Shown piece by piece: positions 1 to 13,230 of a stretch of DNA of 64,000 nt. Location: NCBI GenBank assembly GCA_000004695.1, contig CM000154.2, positions 512,001 through 576,000 of the forward strand, given 5' to 3'. Every line of letters starts with the position of its first letter. The first letter of the stretch is position 1. A model generated the notes under the pieces. The model did no database searches, was not told where the DNA came from, and was given only the letters and a program-made list of their open reading frames with translations. The stretch is from Dictyostelium discoideum (Eukaryota). Made by a program: the position numbers and the translations under genes.

Positions 1-194
1 GATTTTCTGGGTACTTTCAGGCTTTTTTATTCTTTGAAAAAAAAAAAATTAAAAAAAAAAAATTAAAAAAAAAAAAAAGTTTGCAAATATAAAATCAACA
101 TTTTGGTGCGATAATAAAAAAAAAAATTATAATAATAATTAAATAAATAAATAAATAAAAATAAAAAATATTATTAAAAAAAAAAAAAAAAAAA

Positions 195-404
195 ATGTTT
201 GATTATTTTTTCGGTAGTAAAACAGAAAACAAAAAATTAAAAGTAAATCAGGTTTTAAAAAAATACAAAGATTTATATGCAATAACAATTGAAAATGTTT
301 TTACAAAAGAAGAATGTGAAGAATTAATTAGATTATCAGAAGAAAAAGGATATGAACCTGCATTGGTAGTATGTAAAAAATTTAAAATTTTTTATTAAAT
401 AAAA

Positions 405-446
<42 letters not shown>

Positions 447-985
447 CAGAATACCGGAAATGGTCAACAAGAATTAATGACAGATGTAAGAAATAATGAT
501 AGATGCATAATAGATACAGAAGAATTATCAAATAAAATTTATGAGAGAATTAAGGAATTTATCCCACAAGATTTTAGAGGTCACAAAGTTGTATCATTAA
601 ATGAAAGATTACGTTTTCTTCGTTATTATCCAGGTCAAGAATTTAAAGCACATTTCGATGGTTCATATGAAAGAACTGAAGGTCCAAAGGCAGGTGAAAG
701 ATCACATATCACATGTCAATTATATTTAAATGATGTTGAAAAAGGTGGTGAGACAACATTCTTTGTTGGCCCAAATCAAGAAGAAATTAAAGTCAATCCT
801 TCAACTGGTATGTAGTAAATAATTGTAAAAAAAAAAAAAAAAAAAATTAGAAAAATTAATTATTAATATTTATTTATTATAAAGGAATGATAATTTTATT
901 TCAACACAGAATTTTACACCAAGGTTCACCAGTAGTTTCTGGTGTAAAATACGTAATTCGTTCTGATGTTATGTATAATAGTTAA
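195..985 (+). CDS. 2-oxoglutarate/Fe(II)-dependent dioxygenase, prolyl 4-hydroxylase-like (3 exons: 195-368, 450-807, 885-985)
   Basis: Track ORFs 195-398 and 477-815 join through a GTATGT donor at 369 and a ...TTTTCAG acceptor at 447-449, in phase. Exon 2 carries the H-x-D motif (HFDGSYE) and a TTFF strand. A GTATGT donor at 808 and AG at 883-884 lead to exon 3 'GMIILFQHRILHQGSPVVSGVKYVIRSDVMY', which holds the second His and the 2OG-binding Arg. TAA stop at 983-985. Confidence 0.7.
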
Positions 986-1261
986 AAAAAAAAAAAAAAA
1001 AAAATTATAATAAAAAATAGATATTTTTTTTTTAATGGACCAGTAAAAAATGTGAAAAATGAAAAAAAACAGATATTTTAGAATTTGATTTTTTTTTTTT
1101 TTTTTTTTAATTATTTTATTAATTTTTATTTTTTTATTTTTTTTATTTATTTACAAAATAGTAAAAAAATAAAATAAAAAACATTAATAAATCGAAAATG
1201 GTAACAACAAATATAAATAACAATAAATCAATTAATATAATTAGTAAAGATATAACTTATT

Positions 1262-1312
<51 letters not shown>

Positions 1313-1882
1313 TTTTTTTATTAAATGAAATTAATAATCAACAAGATAGAATAAATCAATTAAGAATCGACGATGAATTTATAAATAACTATCATCACAC
1401 TCACCAAGAAACAATAAATACAAGGGGTAGAAGGTTTTTTAAATTTTTATTAAAGTTTAATAAAAAAAAAGGTTCAAATAGTGATACAATCCAAGTTCAC
1501 TTTTTTACACCTTACTGGTAATTGTTTTTTTTTTTTTGGTACTCATAGTAAAGTGGTCTATTATGCATCTAAGAATATTCTTTGCCTCTCTCTTATTGAA
1601 ACATTAAAAAAAAAAATGTTGGAATCAATTTTGAAATTTCTTTTTTTAAAAAAAAGAAAAAAATATAAAAAAAAAATATTAATAAAATATTGAAAAGGAA
1701 TCCAAAGATATTTTTGATTTTTTGATTTTTTTATATATTTTTTTTTGTTTTTTTTTTGTTTTTGTGTGGAAAAAAAAAGAAGGGTCTTGATGGTTTTTTT
1801 TTTTTTTTTTTTTTTTTTTTTGGTTCATTAAATTCTATTTTTTTTTTTTTTTATATATATATTTAACAAAAACTTTGCAATA

Positions 1883-2186
1883 TGGGTCAATCAAATTCAA
1901 GAAGTATTTATCGAAAAAAATAAATAAAATAAAATAAAATAAAATAAAATAAAATAAAATAAAATAAAATAAAAAAAAATTAAAAAAAATAAAAAAAAAA
2001 AATTATAAAATAAAAAATTTAAATGAAAAAAAAAAAAAAAAATAGCAATCATATAAATTAATAAAAATATAAAAACAATTAATTTAATTTTAACAAACCA
2101 CCCAATTTAGCTATTTATTTAGAACCGGTTGAGAGACCAAACGTAAAGGATTCAGGAAAAACTAATTTCAACTATTAATTCTAAAA
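1883..2186 (+). CDS. Possible third member of the tiny MGxxxS peptide family. Unspliced it reads MGQSNSRSIYRKK* (1883-1924). A speculative spliced form (exon 1 1883-1904, exon 2 ~2122-2186) reads MGQSNSRKPVERPNVKDSGKTNFNY*.
   Basis: ATG sits just after an A-rich tract. Position 6 is Ser, as in the two better-supported paralogs downstream. A GTATTT donor follows 'aga a' in phase 1. The possible acceptor TATTTATTTAG at ~2121 would give a K-P junction like the paralogs. The splice is weak. Confidence 0.2.
1917..1975. repeat. (AAAAT)n microsatellite
   Basis: About 11 tandem 'aaaat' units. Confidence 0.9.
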
Positions 2187-2404
2187 GAAATTAAACAAAA
2201 TACAATAAAATCTAATTTTTATTTGTTTCAATTATCATTTTTATTTTAAAAGAACGCAAATGTTTTCGTTTGGAAAAAAAAAATAAAAAAAAAGAAAAAA
2301 AAAAAACAAAAAATAAAAAAATTTTTATTTATTAATATTATTTATTTAGATTACAAAACAAAAATCAAATCAATTATAAACTTTTAATAAAGGTTGATAT
2401 TTAT

Positions 2405-2442
<38 letters not shown>

Positions 2443-2889
2443 AAATATCTTTCAAAGGGAAAATATAAACTTTAAAATAGTATTTATTATAATATTTTTT
2501 AGGATTAAAAAAAAAATCTTGGGATATAATTATTTCCAAATTTCTGTGAAAAATAAAAAAAAAATCTCATCAAAATCATGTATTAATTTTTATAAAGGTT
2601 TATTTTTTTTTTTTTTTTTGTAATTGGAAAAAGAAAAATACCATTGATATTATTAGATATTGTTTTTAACTTTTTAAAATTGGTTTATTAAAAATCTTAT
2701 TTTTTTATTCAAAATTAATTTATTTTAATTTTTTTTTTTTTTTTTTATTTTTCCAAATCAATTTAAAAAAAAAAAAAAAACAAAAAAAAATATTATTAAC
2801 ATTTAATCAAATAAAAACATATTAATATTTTTAATAACATTTAATAAAATAAAAAAGGGAAAATAAAAATTTTTGATAAAATAAAAAAA

Positions 2890-3059
2890 ATGGGTGCCAA
2901 GAGTTCAAAACCAAGTATGAATTAATAGATTTTTTTTTTTTTTTTTTTTTAACCCCAACTAATCTTTTATTTTTTTTTTATCATTTTATAGAATACATAG
3001 TTCAAGGAAGTAACAGTAGTAGTGGCAGAGGAGGTTCACGTTCTACTTTCTATGCATAG
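2890..3059 (+). CDS. Tiny 2-exon gene encoding a 30-aa peptide MGAKSSKPKYIVQGSNSSSGRGGSRSTFYA with a predicted N-myristoylation motif (exons 2890-2914, 2992-3059)
   Basis: ATG at 2890. Donor GTATGA at 2915 in phase 1. The 77-nt intron is AT-rich with a T21 tract and a TTTTATAG acceptor ending at 2991. Exon 2 is in frame to TAG at 3057-3059. It is paralogous to the 3311 gene: both have MG..S, a KP at the junction, and the ending TF[YN]A*. Confidence 0.4.
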
Positions 3060-3156
3060 TTGAAAAAAAAAAAAAAAAAAAAAAAAAAAATGTTATTATA
3101 TCCATCTATATGATCAATAAAATCAATCATTTTAAAATGATTTTTTAAAAAAATTT

Positions 3157-3233
3157 TATTTTATTTTATTTTATTTTATTTTATTTTATTTTATTTTATT
3201 TTATTTTATTTTATTTTATTTTATTTTATTTTC
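3157..3233. repeat. (ATTTT)n microsatellite
   Basis: About 15 tandem 'atttt' units. Confidence 0.9.
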
Positions 3234-3310
3234 GAATTTTATTGGTAACATTTGGATTTTCAGTTTTTTTTTTTTCAAAAAACCATCACCAAAAAAACAT
3301 AAAACCAATA

Positions 3311-3490
3311 ATGGGTATGTCCGGCAGTTTAAAAAGTTTTAAACCAAGTATGTTGGCAATTATCTGTATGGATTTAGTTTTTTTTTATTAAAAAACATAA
3401 ATAAAAAAACTAACAGATCTCTTTTTAGCACTATATGCTCAAAATAGTAATAACAGAAGTTTTGTTCGTCCAATAACCTTTAATGCTTAA
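3311..3490 (+). CDS. Tiny 2-exon gene encoding a 32-aa peptide MGMSGSLKSFKPTLYAQNSNNRSFVRPITFNA with a predicted N-myristoylation motif (exons 3311-3347, 3429-3490)
   Basis: ATG at 3311. Donor GTATGT at 3348 in phase 1. Acceptor CTCTTTTTAG ends at 3428. Exon 2 runs to TAA at 3488-3490. Exon phase, the KP junction and the C-terminal TFNA match the 2890 gene. Confidence 0.4.
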
Positions 3491-3702
3491 ATAAAAAAAA
3501 ATTAAAAATTAAAAATTCAATGTATGCATTACACAATAATAAATCAAAAAGATATTTTTAGAACAAAACTCCCGCTCTTTTATTTTTTTTTTTTATTTTT
3601 TTATTTTTAATTTTTTATTTTTTTTTTATTTTTTATTTTTTCAATTTTATGAAACCAACAACAACAACAAATAATATTTCAATATAAATATAAATAAATA
3701 CA

Positions 3703-3945
3703 ATGAATTCAAATAATGATAGTAATATATTATTTGTTAACCAAGTTGGAGAACTATTGACAAGGTATAATGAACAAATTGGTCAATTAAATAAAGGTTT
3801 ATTAGATTACTATTATAATAATGGATTTGATAAAAAGAATTTAAATAGTATTGAAAAAGAATTGGGTATTGTACAAGTATGATACCTTTATTTATTTATT
3901 TATTTATTTATTATTATTGTTTATTTAATATATATAAAGTTCCAA

Positions 3946-3985
<40 letters not shown>

Positions 3986-4321
3986 AAATTAGGATTGCTT
4001 TTCAAAAATGAAATGGAATTATATAGAAAATGGTAATAAACAATTATTTATAAAAGATATTATATCAGAGACACAAATTACAACACCAAGTCAACATAAT
4101 GTACATAGTTTAGAAGATCAATTAAAAGAGATTAAAAATGATTTCAATAATAATAAAGAGAAAACTAAAAAAGCATTTGAACATATCATTGAGATCATAA
4201 ATAGATTCACTGGTATGAATGAAAAATATCAAAAAGAGAAACAAAATTTACAATCTTCAATTAGTAAAGCAAATGAATTAATTGAAAATATATTAAAATT
4301 AGTTAATAATAGTAATAATAA

Positions 4322-4352
<31 letters not shown>

Positions 4353-4565
4353 AAATCTGGTAATAATAATATTATTAATTATAGTAATAATTTAAATTCA
4401 TCAATTCAATGGTACAAAAAATATAATAAATTTTTAGAATCAATGGGTGGATTATACATTATACCAAATAATGATAATCAGATAATAAAAAATTCAAAAA
4501 TTGAATTTGAATTAAAAATTGATACAACTAAAATAATACATAAATTAATAATAGAATTAGATGAA

Positions 4566-4650
<85 letters not shown>

Positions 4651-5132
4651 GTGATAATAATAATAGTGATAATGAAAAAGTTTTAAATAATTTACCAATT
4701 ATAAAAGGTTATAATTTAATACCAAATATTAATGAACTGAATAAAGTTTTACAAGATACAATATCAGATTATTCAAATGAACCCTTGGAATCATTTAGCG
4801 ATATTGGCTATTTAGTTGGTGAATTTAAGAATATAATTTCAAATTATTATTTAATGGAAGCAGAAATTCAAGATTTATCATTACGTTTTAAAATTAAACG
4901 TCAAACATTGAAAAATTATGGCGAACTTTCAATTCAATTACCAAATGGTTTCACTTGTAATCTTTATTTAGATTCTGATTATCCAAAATATTCAAATATT
5001 GAAATTCAATCAATTCAAAAACCAAATTCTAATGAATTAGTAACAAATTTATCATTTATTCAAAAAAATATAAATGAAAATAAATGGAGTTTATTACAAT
5101 TAATTGAAGAAATTGATTATTATTTAAAATAA
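3703..5132 (+). CDS. Coiled-coil/Asn-rich hypothetical protein with a possible RWD/UEV-like C-terminus (exons 3703-3876, 3993-5132)
   Basis: ATG at 3703 encodes MNSNNDSNILFVNQVGELLTRYNEQIGQLNKGLLDYYYNNGFDKKNLNSIEKELGIVQ. A GTATGA donor at 3877 and a TTAAATTAG acceptor (AG at 3991-3992) join it in phase 0 to the 374-aa track ORF. The C-terminus 'LPNGFTCNLYLDSDYPKYSNIEIQ' resembles an RWD-type YP motif. Function unknown. Confidence 0.5.
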
Positions 5133-5220
5133 TAAAATTTTTTAAAAAAAAATAAAATAAAAAGTTATGATTTTTTATAAATATATATATTTATATATTC
5201 TAATTTTAAAATTGAAAAAT

Positions 5221-5251
<31 letters not shown>

Positions 5252-5252
5252 A

Positions 5253-5754
5253 TTATTTATTTATAAATTTCCAAAATTTTTTAGTATTATTATTTGTAAT
5301 TGTAATGATTTTAATTTGTTGTAAAATTGAATGATGATCGAAAATTTCGAAATTAAAAGGTAGATTATTCCAATTCTTTATAATTATTAATTCCAAAGGT
5401 GGTAAAACATTTGAAGCAATTGGTTGTTTATATGATTTATCAAATGTTAAATATTTTAATGACTTTGGAAGTGAATCACTTTCTAAAATTTGGTCAAACT
5501 TTTCACCAAATTCAATATAACAAAGATTATTAGGTAACATATTCTTTGTTAATTTTTCATTATAATAATATCCAAATATTAATACTTTTAAATTTTTTGG
5601 AAAACTATTTGGTAATAATGGTTGATTAAATTTATGACTCATTATCAATGTTTCAATTGTTGAAGGTAGTTCATTTAAATTGATTGGTTCATTAAAATTT
5701 GGACTAAATGATAACTTTTTTAAATTACAAATAATGTTAACACCATTACCATAT

Positions 5755-5812
<58 letters not shown>

Positions 5813-7814
5813 ATTGATTTATTTTTGGTAAATCTCTTAATGATCCTAAATATTTAAATGATTTAACATTTGATGGTATATTGAAAGGATAGAATAGAGT
5901 TGATGTATTGATTTCTAATTTTTTAATACTTGATGGTAAGAAATCACTAGAGACTAATAATTGTTTTGGACAATTTCTAAGTTTTAAAACTTGTGTTGAA
6001 GGTGGAATACAATTAATTGGTAACTCTTGATTATAATGATAACCAAATTCAAGTTTTATTAAAGATTGAGGTAAAACACCAACTTCAATTGGTTTATTGA
6101 AATTCCAACCTAATATAAGTGATTTCAATGATTTTGGAAGAACATCATGACCAATGGTTTGATTAAAAAGGTAACCAAATTGTAAATGTTCTAATGATTG
6201 AGGTAATGATCCAATCTCTAATTGATAATCGAATCTATATGAAAGTTTTAAAATTTTTAAACCTTCGGGTAACTGATTTGGTTCAATCTTTTGATTAAAA
6301 TATAAACCCATAGTTAATGAAGTACATGATTGTGGTATACAACCAATTCTTAAACATTGGTCGAATGAGTCACCAAATATAATTGATGTCAATGATGATG
6401 GGAATGAATTTATTACTAATGGTTTATTAAATTTATTACCAAGTTCAATTTCTTCTACACTATTTGGTATTACACTCTTTCTAATTAATGAATCGAAATT
6501 ATCATGAAAAATGATTCTCTTTACACCCATTGGTATCATATTTGGTTTAATCTCTCTATAATTAAAATAAAGTTCTTCTTCTTCTTTATAATAATTTTCA
6601 GATGATTTAGAAATATCAAGTTGAGGTCCTTGAATTGCTAAACCATCAATTATTACCCAACAATTTGAATTTGGTATTGATCCTTGAACTAATAATTTTT
6701 CAAATGGTGATGAATTAAAACAATAGTCCAATAAACTACCACCACCACTACCACCACTACCACCACTACCACCACCAATATTATTTATATTTTTTGTAGG
6801 GCTACATTGTTTATAATCATTATTATTATTATTATTATTACTTGAGAAAAATGATGATGATAATAAATTTTGATCTTTAAATTCCAATTTCTCTAATGTT
6901 ATTGGTAAAACATTTGGTTTTATAATTTTATTGAAATTTGTACCTAATTTTAAAGATTTTAAATTATTTGTAATCCAATCTTTAGTTAACTCTTGATTAA
7001 ATGATTTACCAAATTGAATATGTTCAATAGAGTTTGGTAAACCATAAATAGGTTTATTAAAATCATCACCAAATATTAATGATGTAACAGAGTTTGGTAT
7101 TGAATTTGATAATATCGGTTGATTAAATTTACCAATGAATTGAATTTCTTTCAATGAATTACCAACTAAACAATTTGTAGGTATTGGATAATTGAATCTA
7201 CCTGATAATACTAATTTTTCAATTGATGATGAATTTAATGATAAATTATTAAAGCTATTACTATTAAATTCTGATGAACAACCTAATTTAAATATTAAAG
7301 TTTTCAATCCTTTTGGTAAATAACTAGATGATAATGTACCAATAAATTTACATCCAAATATTAATGTTTCTACACTATCTGGTATGGAAATTATATTTGG
7401 TTCATCATTTAAAGATAAATTTAAATTCTTTATATTATTTGGTAAATTTTCTTTTTCAATTTTATTATTATAATTATTGTTATCATAATTATTATTATTA
7501 TTGTTATTATTATTGGTATTATTATTACTATTATTATTATTATTAGGATTATAATTTGAATTTATAACATTATTAAATAAATTAAAATTATTTATAAAAT
7601 CATTATTGTGAAAATGATAATTATAAAAATTACTATATTCTTGATTTGATATTAACCTATGTAAATTATTTAATAGTCTTATAAATTTGAAAAGTTGTTT
7701 ATTAATGAAAATATTCCTAAATGCTTTATAAAATAATTTGCTCATATTTTCATCATAGTTTATTGTTTGGTCATTTTCTTTGTTGTCTATTTTTAATTTT
7801 TTGTGTAATGACAT
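5253..7814 (-). CDS. FNIP-repeat-containing protein (Dictyostelium-type FNIP repeats), single exon, 853 aa
   Basis: Continuous 853-aa ORF with more than 20 iterations of the ~22-aa FNIP unit (F-N-x-P-I/L ... LP.SL..L.FG..FNQ...). It also has poly-Asn tracts and a GGSGGSGGSGGG linker. Confidence 0.8.
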
Positions 7815-8390
7815 ATTTTTTTTTTTTTTCTTTTTTGTAAAATAAAGAAAATGACTTTATTTAATTTTTGGTTTTTAATTATGAATGGATAATAAAAAAA
7901 AAAAAAAAAAAACAAAAAAAAAAAAATGTAGTGGCGAAAATAATAATTTTATGAAGATATATCTTTTTTTATATTTATGTGGTTGTAATTTCATATGTTT
8001 GAAATTTTTAATTTTTTAATTTTTTTTTGTATTTTTATTTTTTTTTTGTATTTTTTTATTTTTTTTGTATTTTTTTTTTAAAATCTAATTAAATAATCTT
8101 TTTTAAGTATTAAAAAAAAGATTTTTTTTTCACAGTTAAAATTTTTTATTTATTTTTTAAAAAAACAAAAAAAAAAAAAAAAAAAAAAAAAAAATAATTT
8201 ATTTTTTAATAAAACAAAAAAAAAAAAAAAAAAACTAAAACGTTCTAAATTCACTTTTTTATTTATTTAATATGGTGGATGAAATTAAATTCTTAATGTC
8301 AAATTGGATGTTCGAAAAAATAAAATTTAAAAAAAAACAAATAAAATAATCCAAATTTAATCATTTGTTTTTTTGATTTTTATTTGATTT

Positions 8391-8460
8391 GATTTTATTT
8401 TATTTTATTTTATTTTATTTTATTTTATTTTATTTTATTTTATTTTATTTTATTTTATTG
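8391..8460. repeat. (ATTTT)n microsatellite just 3' of ABCC copy 1
   Basis: About 13 tandem 'atttt' units. Confidence 0.9.
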
Positions 8461-11064
8461 TTACTATAATCAGTTTGAGATTTAATTAATTTATTAAATT
8501 TGGAATTTGGAATATTCATTAAGTTTGAAGGAGTATCGAATTCTATTAATTGACCACTATCTATTACTGCTATTTTATTACAATCAATAATTGTTTCAAG
8601 TCTATGAGCAATTGTTAAGGTTGTACAATCTTTAAAGTTTTCTTGAATTGTTTGTTTGATTAATTGAGCTGTATGGTAATCAATTGAACTTGTGGCTTCG
8701 TCCATTAAAATGATTTTAAAATTTTTTAAAATCGTTCTACAAAGACATAATAATTGTTTTTGACCATATGAGAAACCATTATCACCATTCTCTTGTAGTG
8801 CTGTCTCTAATTTTAATGGCATTGAATTGATTGCATCCTTTAATTTAACTTTTTCAATTGATTCCCAAATTTCAAAATCAGTGAATTCATTGAATGGGTC
8901 AATGTTTGAACGAATTGTACCTGTGAAAATGAATGGATCTTGAGGTACAATACCTATTGATGATCTTAGTTTTTGTAATTGAACCTTTGATATATCAATA
9001 CCATCAATTAATATTAAACCTTTTGAACATTCTACCATTCTAAATAATGATGAAGCGATAGTTGTTTTACCGGCGCCAGTTCTACCAACTATTCCAATCT
9101 TTTCGCTGGATTGAACTTTAAATGATAAATCTTTTAAATTTGGTTCTGAATTTGGTCGATATTTAATTTCCACATTTTTAAACTCTATAATACCTTTATT
9201 TGGCCAATTAACTAAATCACCATTTGAAATAGTTTTAAGACCATCACTATCAACTTGATTAGTACCAGTGGATATGAGTTTATTTCCTTCTTTTGGAATT
9301 TCAATATAACTTTGAATTCTTTGGAATGAGTTCATTTTAACTTCTAATTCAACGATTCTACGAACTCCCCAACTTAGATAACCATTTAAACTCAAAGCAG
9401 TTGTGACTGATAACGCAGCGAGTCCATTGTTTGATGTGAATAATGCAGCAGCTAATGAAGTAAAGAATACCATTATACAACCCATAACTTCTAATCTCAT
9501 AGATATCCATCTATGAACTGCGAAACTATAAAAGATACAACCTAAATTAATATTGATATTATCAAACATTTCTTTAATAAATCTAGATTCTTGTTTATAA
9601 GTTCTAATTGTAAGTAAACCATTATAGCACTCTTGAAGTAATGAAAATACTGGCGATAATGTAATAGATTCCCATCTATTTAATTCTCTTGCTGATGGTC
9701 TATATAATCTTTGATAAATATAATAAATTATAAATAACAAAGTTAAAGGTATAATAATAATTGGAATAATGAAAACTATTGAAATTAAACCAATTGTTAA
9801 TTCAGAGAAACATATTGAAACCTCTGATAATAGATCCAACATATGAATATCAATATCACTAGTATCTTTACTGAATCTATTTAAAATTCTACCTGATGGA
9901 TTTGTATCAAAGAATCTACATGATGCATATGTTACTGATTTTAATAGTGCTGAATGTAAATTTTTACCAATTCCAAATGTTATACGACTTAATGAATATG
10001 TACGTATCATTAATAACGAAACAAAAATACCAATAATTAATAAATAGTAACCAATGTAAAATGAATCACTTTTGCCTTCAATTGATCTTTCTGTCCAAAT
10101 TGCTAACCAAAAATCTGAAACTTTATAAACGGCTTGACCAATGAAAAATAATGAAATAGTGATGAAAAGTGTTACACCTGATGTTCCATAACTAAAGTAT
10201 TTTTTATAAACATTAAATTCTACCTCTCCCTCATTTTTATCTTCTTTAACTAATAATTTTGCTTTCTCGATTAAATTTGGATCATTCTTATCACTAATAA
10301 CATTATTAACATCAATAATTTCATTTTCGATTTCAATTTCATTTTTTATTAACTCTTCACTATCAGTTTCATTTTCAACATTTTTTTTAATTTCTTTTGT
10401 TTTTAAAATTGATTTAAAATCAATACCTTGAATACAATGATCGAATAAATGTGATGCGACTTCAGGATCTACAGCTGATAAAGGTTCATCAAAAATAAAA
10501 CAATCTGAATTTGCATAAAGTGCACGTGCTAATGATATACGCTGTTTTTGACCTCCTGAAAGGTTAATACCACGTTCTCCAATCTCTGTTAAATCTAATC
10601 CTGCTAAATTTACTATATCTTTTGTTAATGCTGTTGATTCAATAACTTTTTTATATCTTTCTATATCAAATTCATTTCCAAATAGAATATTCTCTCTTAA
10701 TGATGCACTTAATAAAAATGGTTGTTGACTTGTAAATGAAATATTATTTGGTACACCACTAACACTACCATTTAATTTATAAATTTCACCAATTAAACCA
10801 CAAACTAAACTTGTTTTACCGCTACCAACAACACCACAAATCATAGTTAATTTACCTTTTGGTACTATTAAATTAATATCATTTAATTTATAATCAAAAT
10901 TTTCATTTATTTTAATATTTTCTTCATTTTCCTCTTCCTCTTCTTCTTCATTTTCTTCCTCATCTTCGCTTTGATTAAATTCAAATAAATTATTATTTTC
11001 AGGTTCATTCCATTGAAATGTACAATTTTCAATTATAATATCATTATCATCATTATTGTTATTA

Positions 11065-11099
<35 letters not shown>

Positions 11100-12477
11100 G
11101 AAGTTAATATTTTGATTATTTTCTTTTGATTTTAAAGATTCAGAAGATTTTAAAAAATTTTGAATTCTTTTGACTGATGGCATTAAACCAATAGCTTTAT
11201 AAATATCTTCAGGTAAATAAATTAAGGGTAATTTTAAATTTGCAAAAATGGTCATTGCTGTGAAAGTTACATCTAAACTCATTGTATTACCGGTTAATGA
11301 ATAAGTTGCAAATGTTGATACTAATACTAAGGTTGCATTGGTTTCAATCATCATATGATCGAAAATCCAAAATAAAACTCTAAGAAATAAAAATTTTAAT
11401 TCTTGTTTTCTTTGTTCTTCAATTTTATTTATAAATAAATTCTCCCATGCATACATTTTAAATGGTCTAATATTGGTTATTAATTCACTGGTTAAATTAG
11501 TTCTTGAATCTGAATATTCCAATGATTTCTCTAAATAATTACTAGATTTTGTACACAACATGGTGTTGATTGGTAATGCAATTACCATTACACCAAATCC
11601 AACTAAACCACTTGGACCAACTACATAACATAATAATCCCAATAATATAAGAATTTGAAGTGTATGTGATACAATATCTAAATAATAAGTCCAAAAGAAT
11701 TCTGATATATTTTCAACATCAATTGACATAATATTCATAATTTTTCCAGATCTATATTTCTTTTTTGATACATTTGATAGTTTTAATGTTTTTTCAAATA
11801 TCTTTGCTGTTAATGCGCCTCTAACATCAAAACTATTTTTCATACCAAACCAATAAAATAATTCTTGTGAAATTGATTGTCCTAATATACTGATACATAA
11901 TAAACAACATAATAAAATTCCTTTTAAAATGGATTTTTCATTATCATTATCTGTTGATATATAATTTATTAAACTTTTATAAAAAAAAAAAAAAAAGTTA
12001 GTTCTTTTTTAATTTAAAAATAAATAAATATTAGATTAAATTAAATACATACAATTTTAAACAAATTGGTGATAAAAATATAAAAATTGTAATAAATATA
12101 TTTGAAATTAATGCATATTTATTTTTTGGTAAAAAATTTTTATAAATATGTTTTATTAATGCATATTTTGAACCATTTGAAAAATTGATATCATCCAATA
12201 GTTTTGATGTGGTTTGGACTTTATTTAACTCTGGTAAATCATAAATATCGTTCATTTCTAATGATTCTTTGAAATAACCTTTCATTATTAATTTCGTTAC
12301 CCAATTAAAACTAATTTTTGACCATTTTGATGAATTATCTTCTGGACATGCTTTATAAAAATTATTTGTTGAATTTGATGGTGAAGATGATGGTTCATTT
12401 TCATCTTCATCATCAAGCTTTTCATACAATAATGAAAATTTTTTTTTTATTTTTGTTTCGAAACTATTTATAAACAT
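8445..12477 (-). CDS. abcC: ABC transporter, ABCC/MRP subfamily (TMD1-NBD1-TMD2-NBD2), copy 1; 2 exons 12477-12053 and 11963-8445; carries a 45-codon in-frame deletion in NBD1
   Basis: Exon 1 (track ORF 12031-12477) is the MRP-type N-terminus: 'CPE..SS.WSKISFNW' plus the first TM helix. A GTATGT donor (plus 12047-12052, phase 2) and an acceptor after a T16 tract (AG at 11964-11965) join it to the 1132-aa ORF. That ORF has Walker A GVVGSGKTS and GRTGAGKTT, signature motifs LSGGQKQR and FSYGQKQL, Walker B FIFDEPLSAVD and ILMDEATSSID, and H-loop AHRL in NBD2. Confidence 0.85.
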
Positions 12478-12851
12478 TTTTTTTTTTTTTTTTTTTTTTA
12501 TTTTATTTTTTTTATTTTATTTTTTTTACTTTTTTTTTATTTACATTGCACGAAATTTAAAATAAAATTTTTATACCGAAGAGAATTGCAATAAAAAAAA
12601 AAAAAAAAAAAAAAATTAATTTGAGAAAAAAGTGGTAAAAGCAAAAATAAAAAAAATGGGTTATAATTTGTTTTTACCGAAGCAATTATTAGATAAAACC
12701 CTAAAATTTTTAATGTGCCTTATATGTTGTCGCAATAATTTAAAAACACAATAATTAGCTGTAATAATTTTTATTATTTTCTTTTAAAATTCACAACTAA
12801 ACAGAAAAAAAAAACAACAAAAAATTGTATTATTTATTAAACAAATGCCCA

Positions 12852-12905
<54 letters not shown>

Positions 12906-13230
12906 TACTCTTTATTTTTGAAAAGACAATTTTTTATTTTTCCTATTTATTTTTTATTAATTTTAATTTATTTGTTCATTTTTATTTTTTCTTTTATTTT
13001 TTTTTTTGTTTTTGGTTTCACAAATTTTAGATTTTCGAAAAAAAAAAAAAAAAATCCAATATTCTCCACTCAAAATATAAAATGATTTTACTAAAAGTTT
13101 ACTTCTTCATAAGAATAAGTAAAGGATAAAAGAAAAAAAAAAAAAAATTATTCCAGTCAAGTGGATTTTGATTTAAATAAATTTCTAGAAAAGATTATTT
13201 TTTTTTTATTTATTTATTTGTTTTCATTAT

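Noticed and set aside
1198-1521. 107-aa ORF rich in Asn and Lys (MVTTNINNNKSIN...)
   Set aside because: It is low-complexity only, with no recognisable domain or splice partners. It could be part of an unrecognised gene, but I cannot support a call.
7364-7546. Antisense ORFs inside the FNIP, ADPGK, SGNH, WD40 and PMP genes (for example 7364-7546, 19639-19931, 41754-42179, 34521-34757, 44837-45055, 51217-51435)
   Set aside because: Each lies on the strand opposite a much longer domain-containing ORF and is composition-driven (Tyr, Leu or Ile-rich).
12825-13085. Poly-Lys/Phe ORFs in the spacer between the two ABCC copies
   Set aside because: They are translations of an A49 homopolymer and T-rich filler. 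The region is intergenic.
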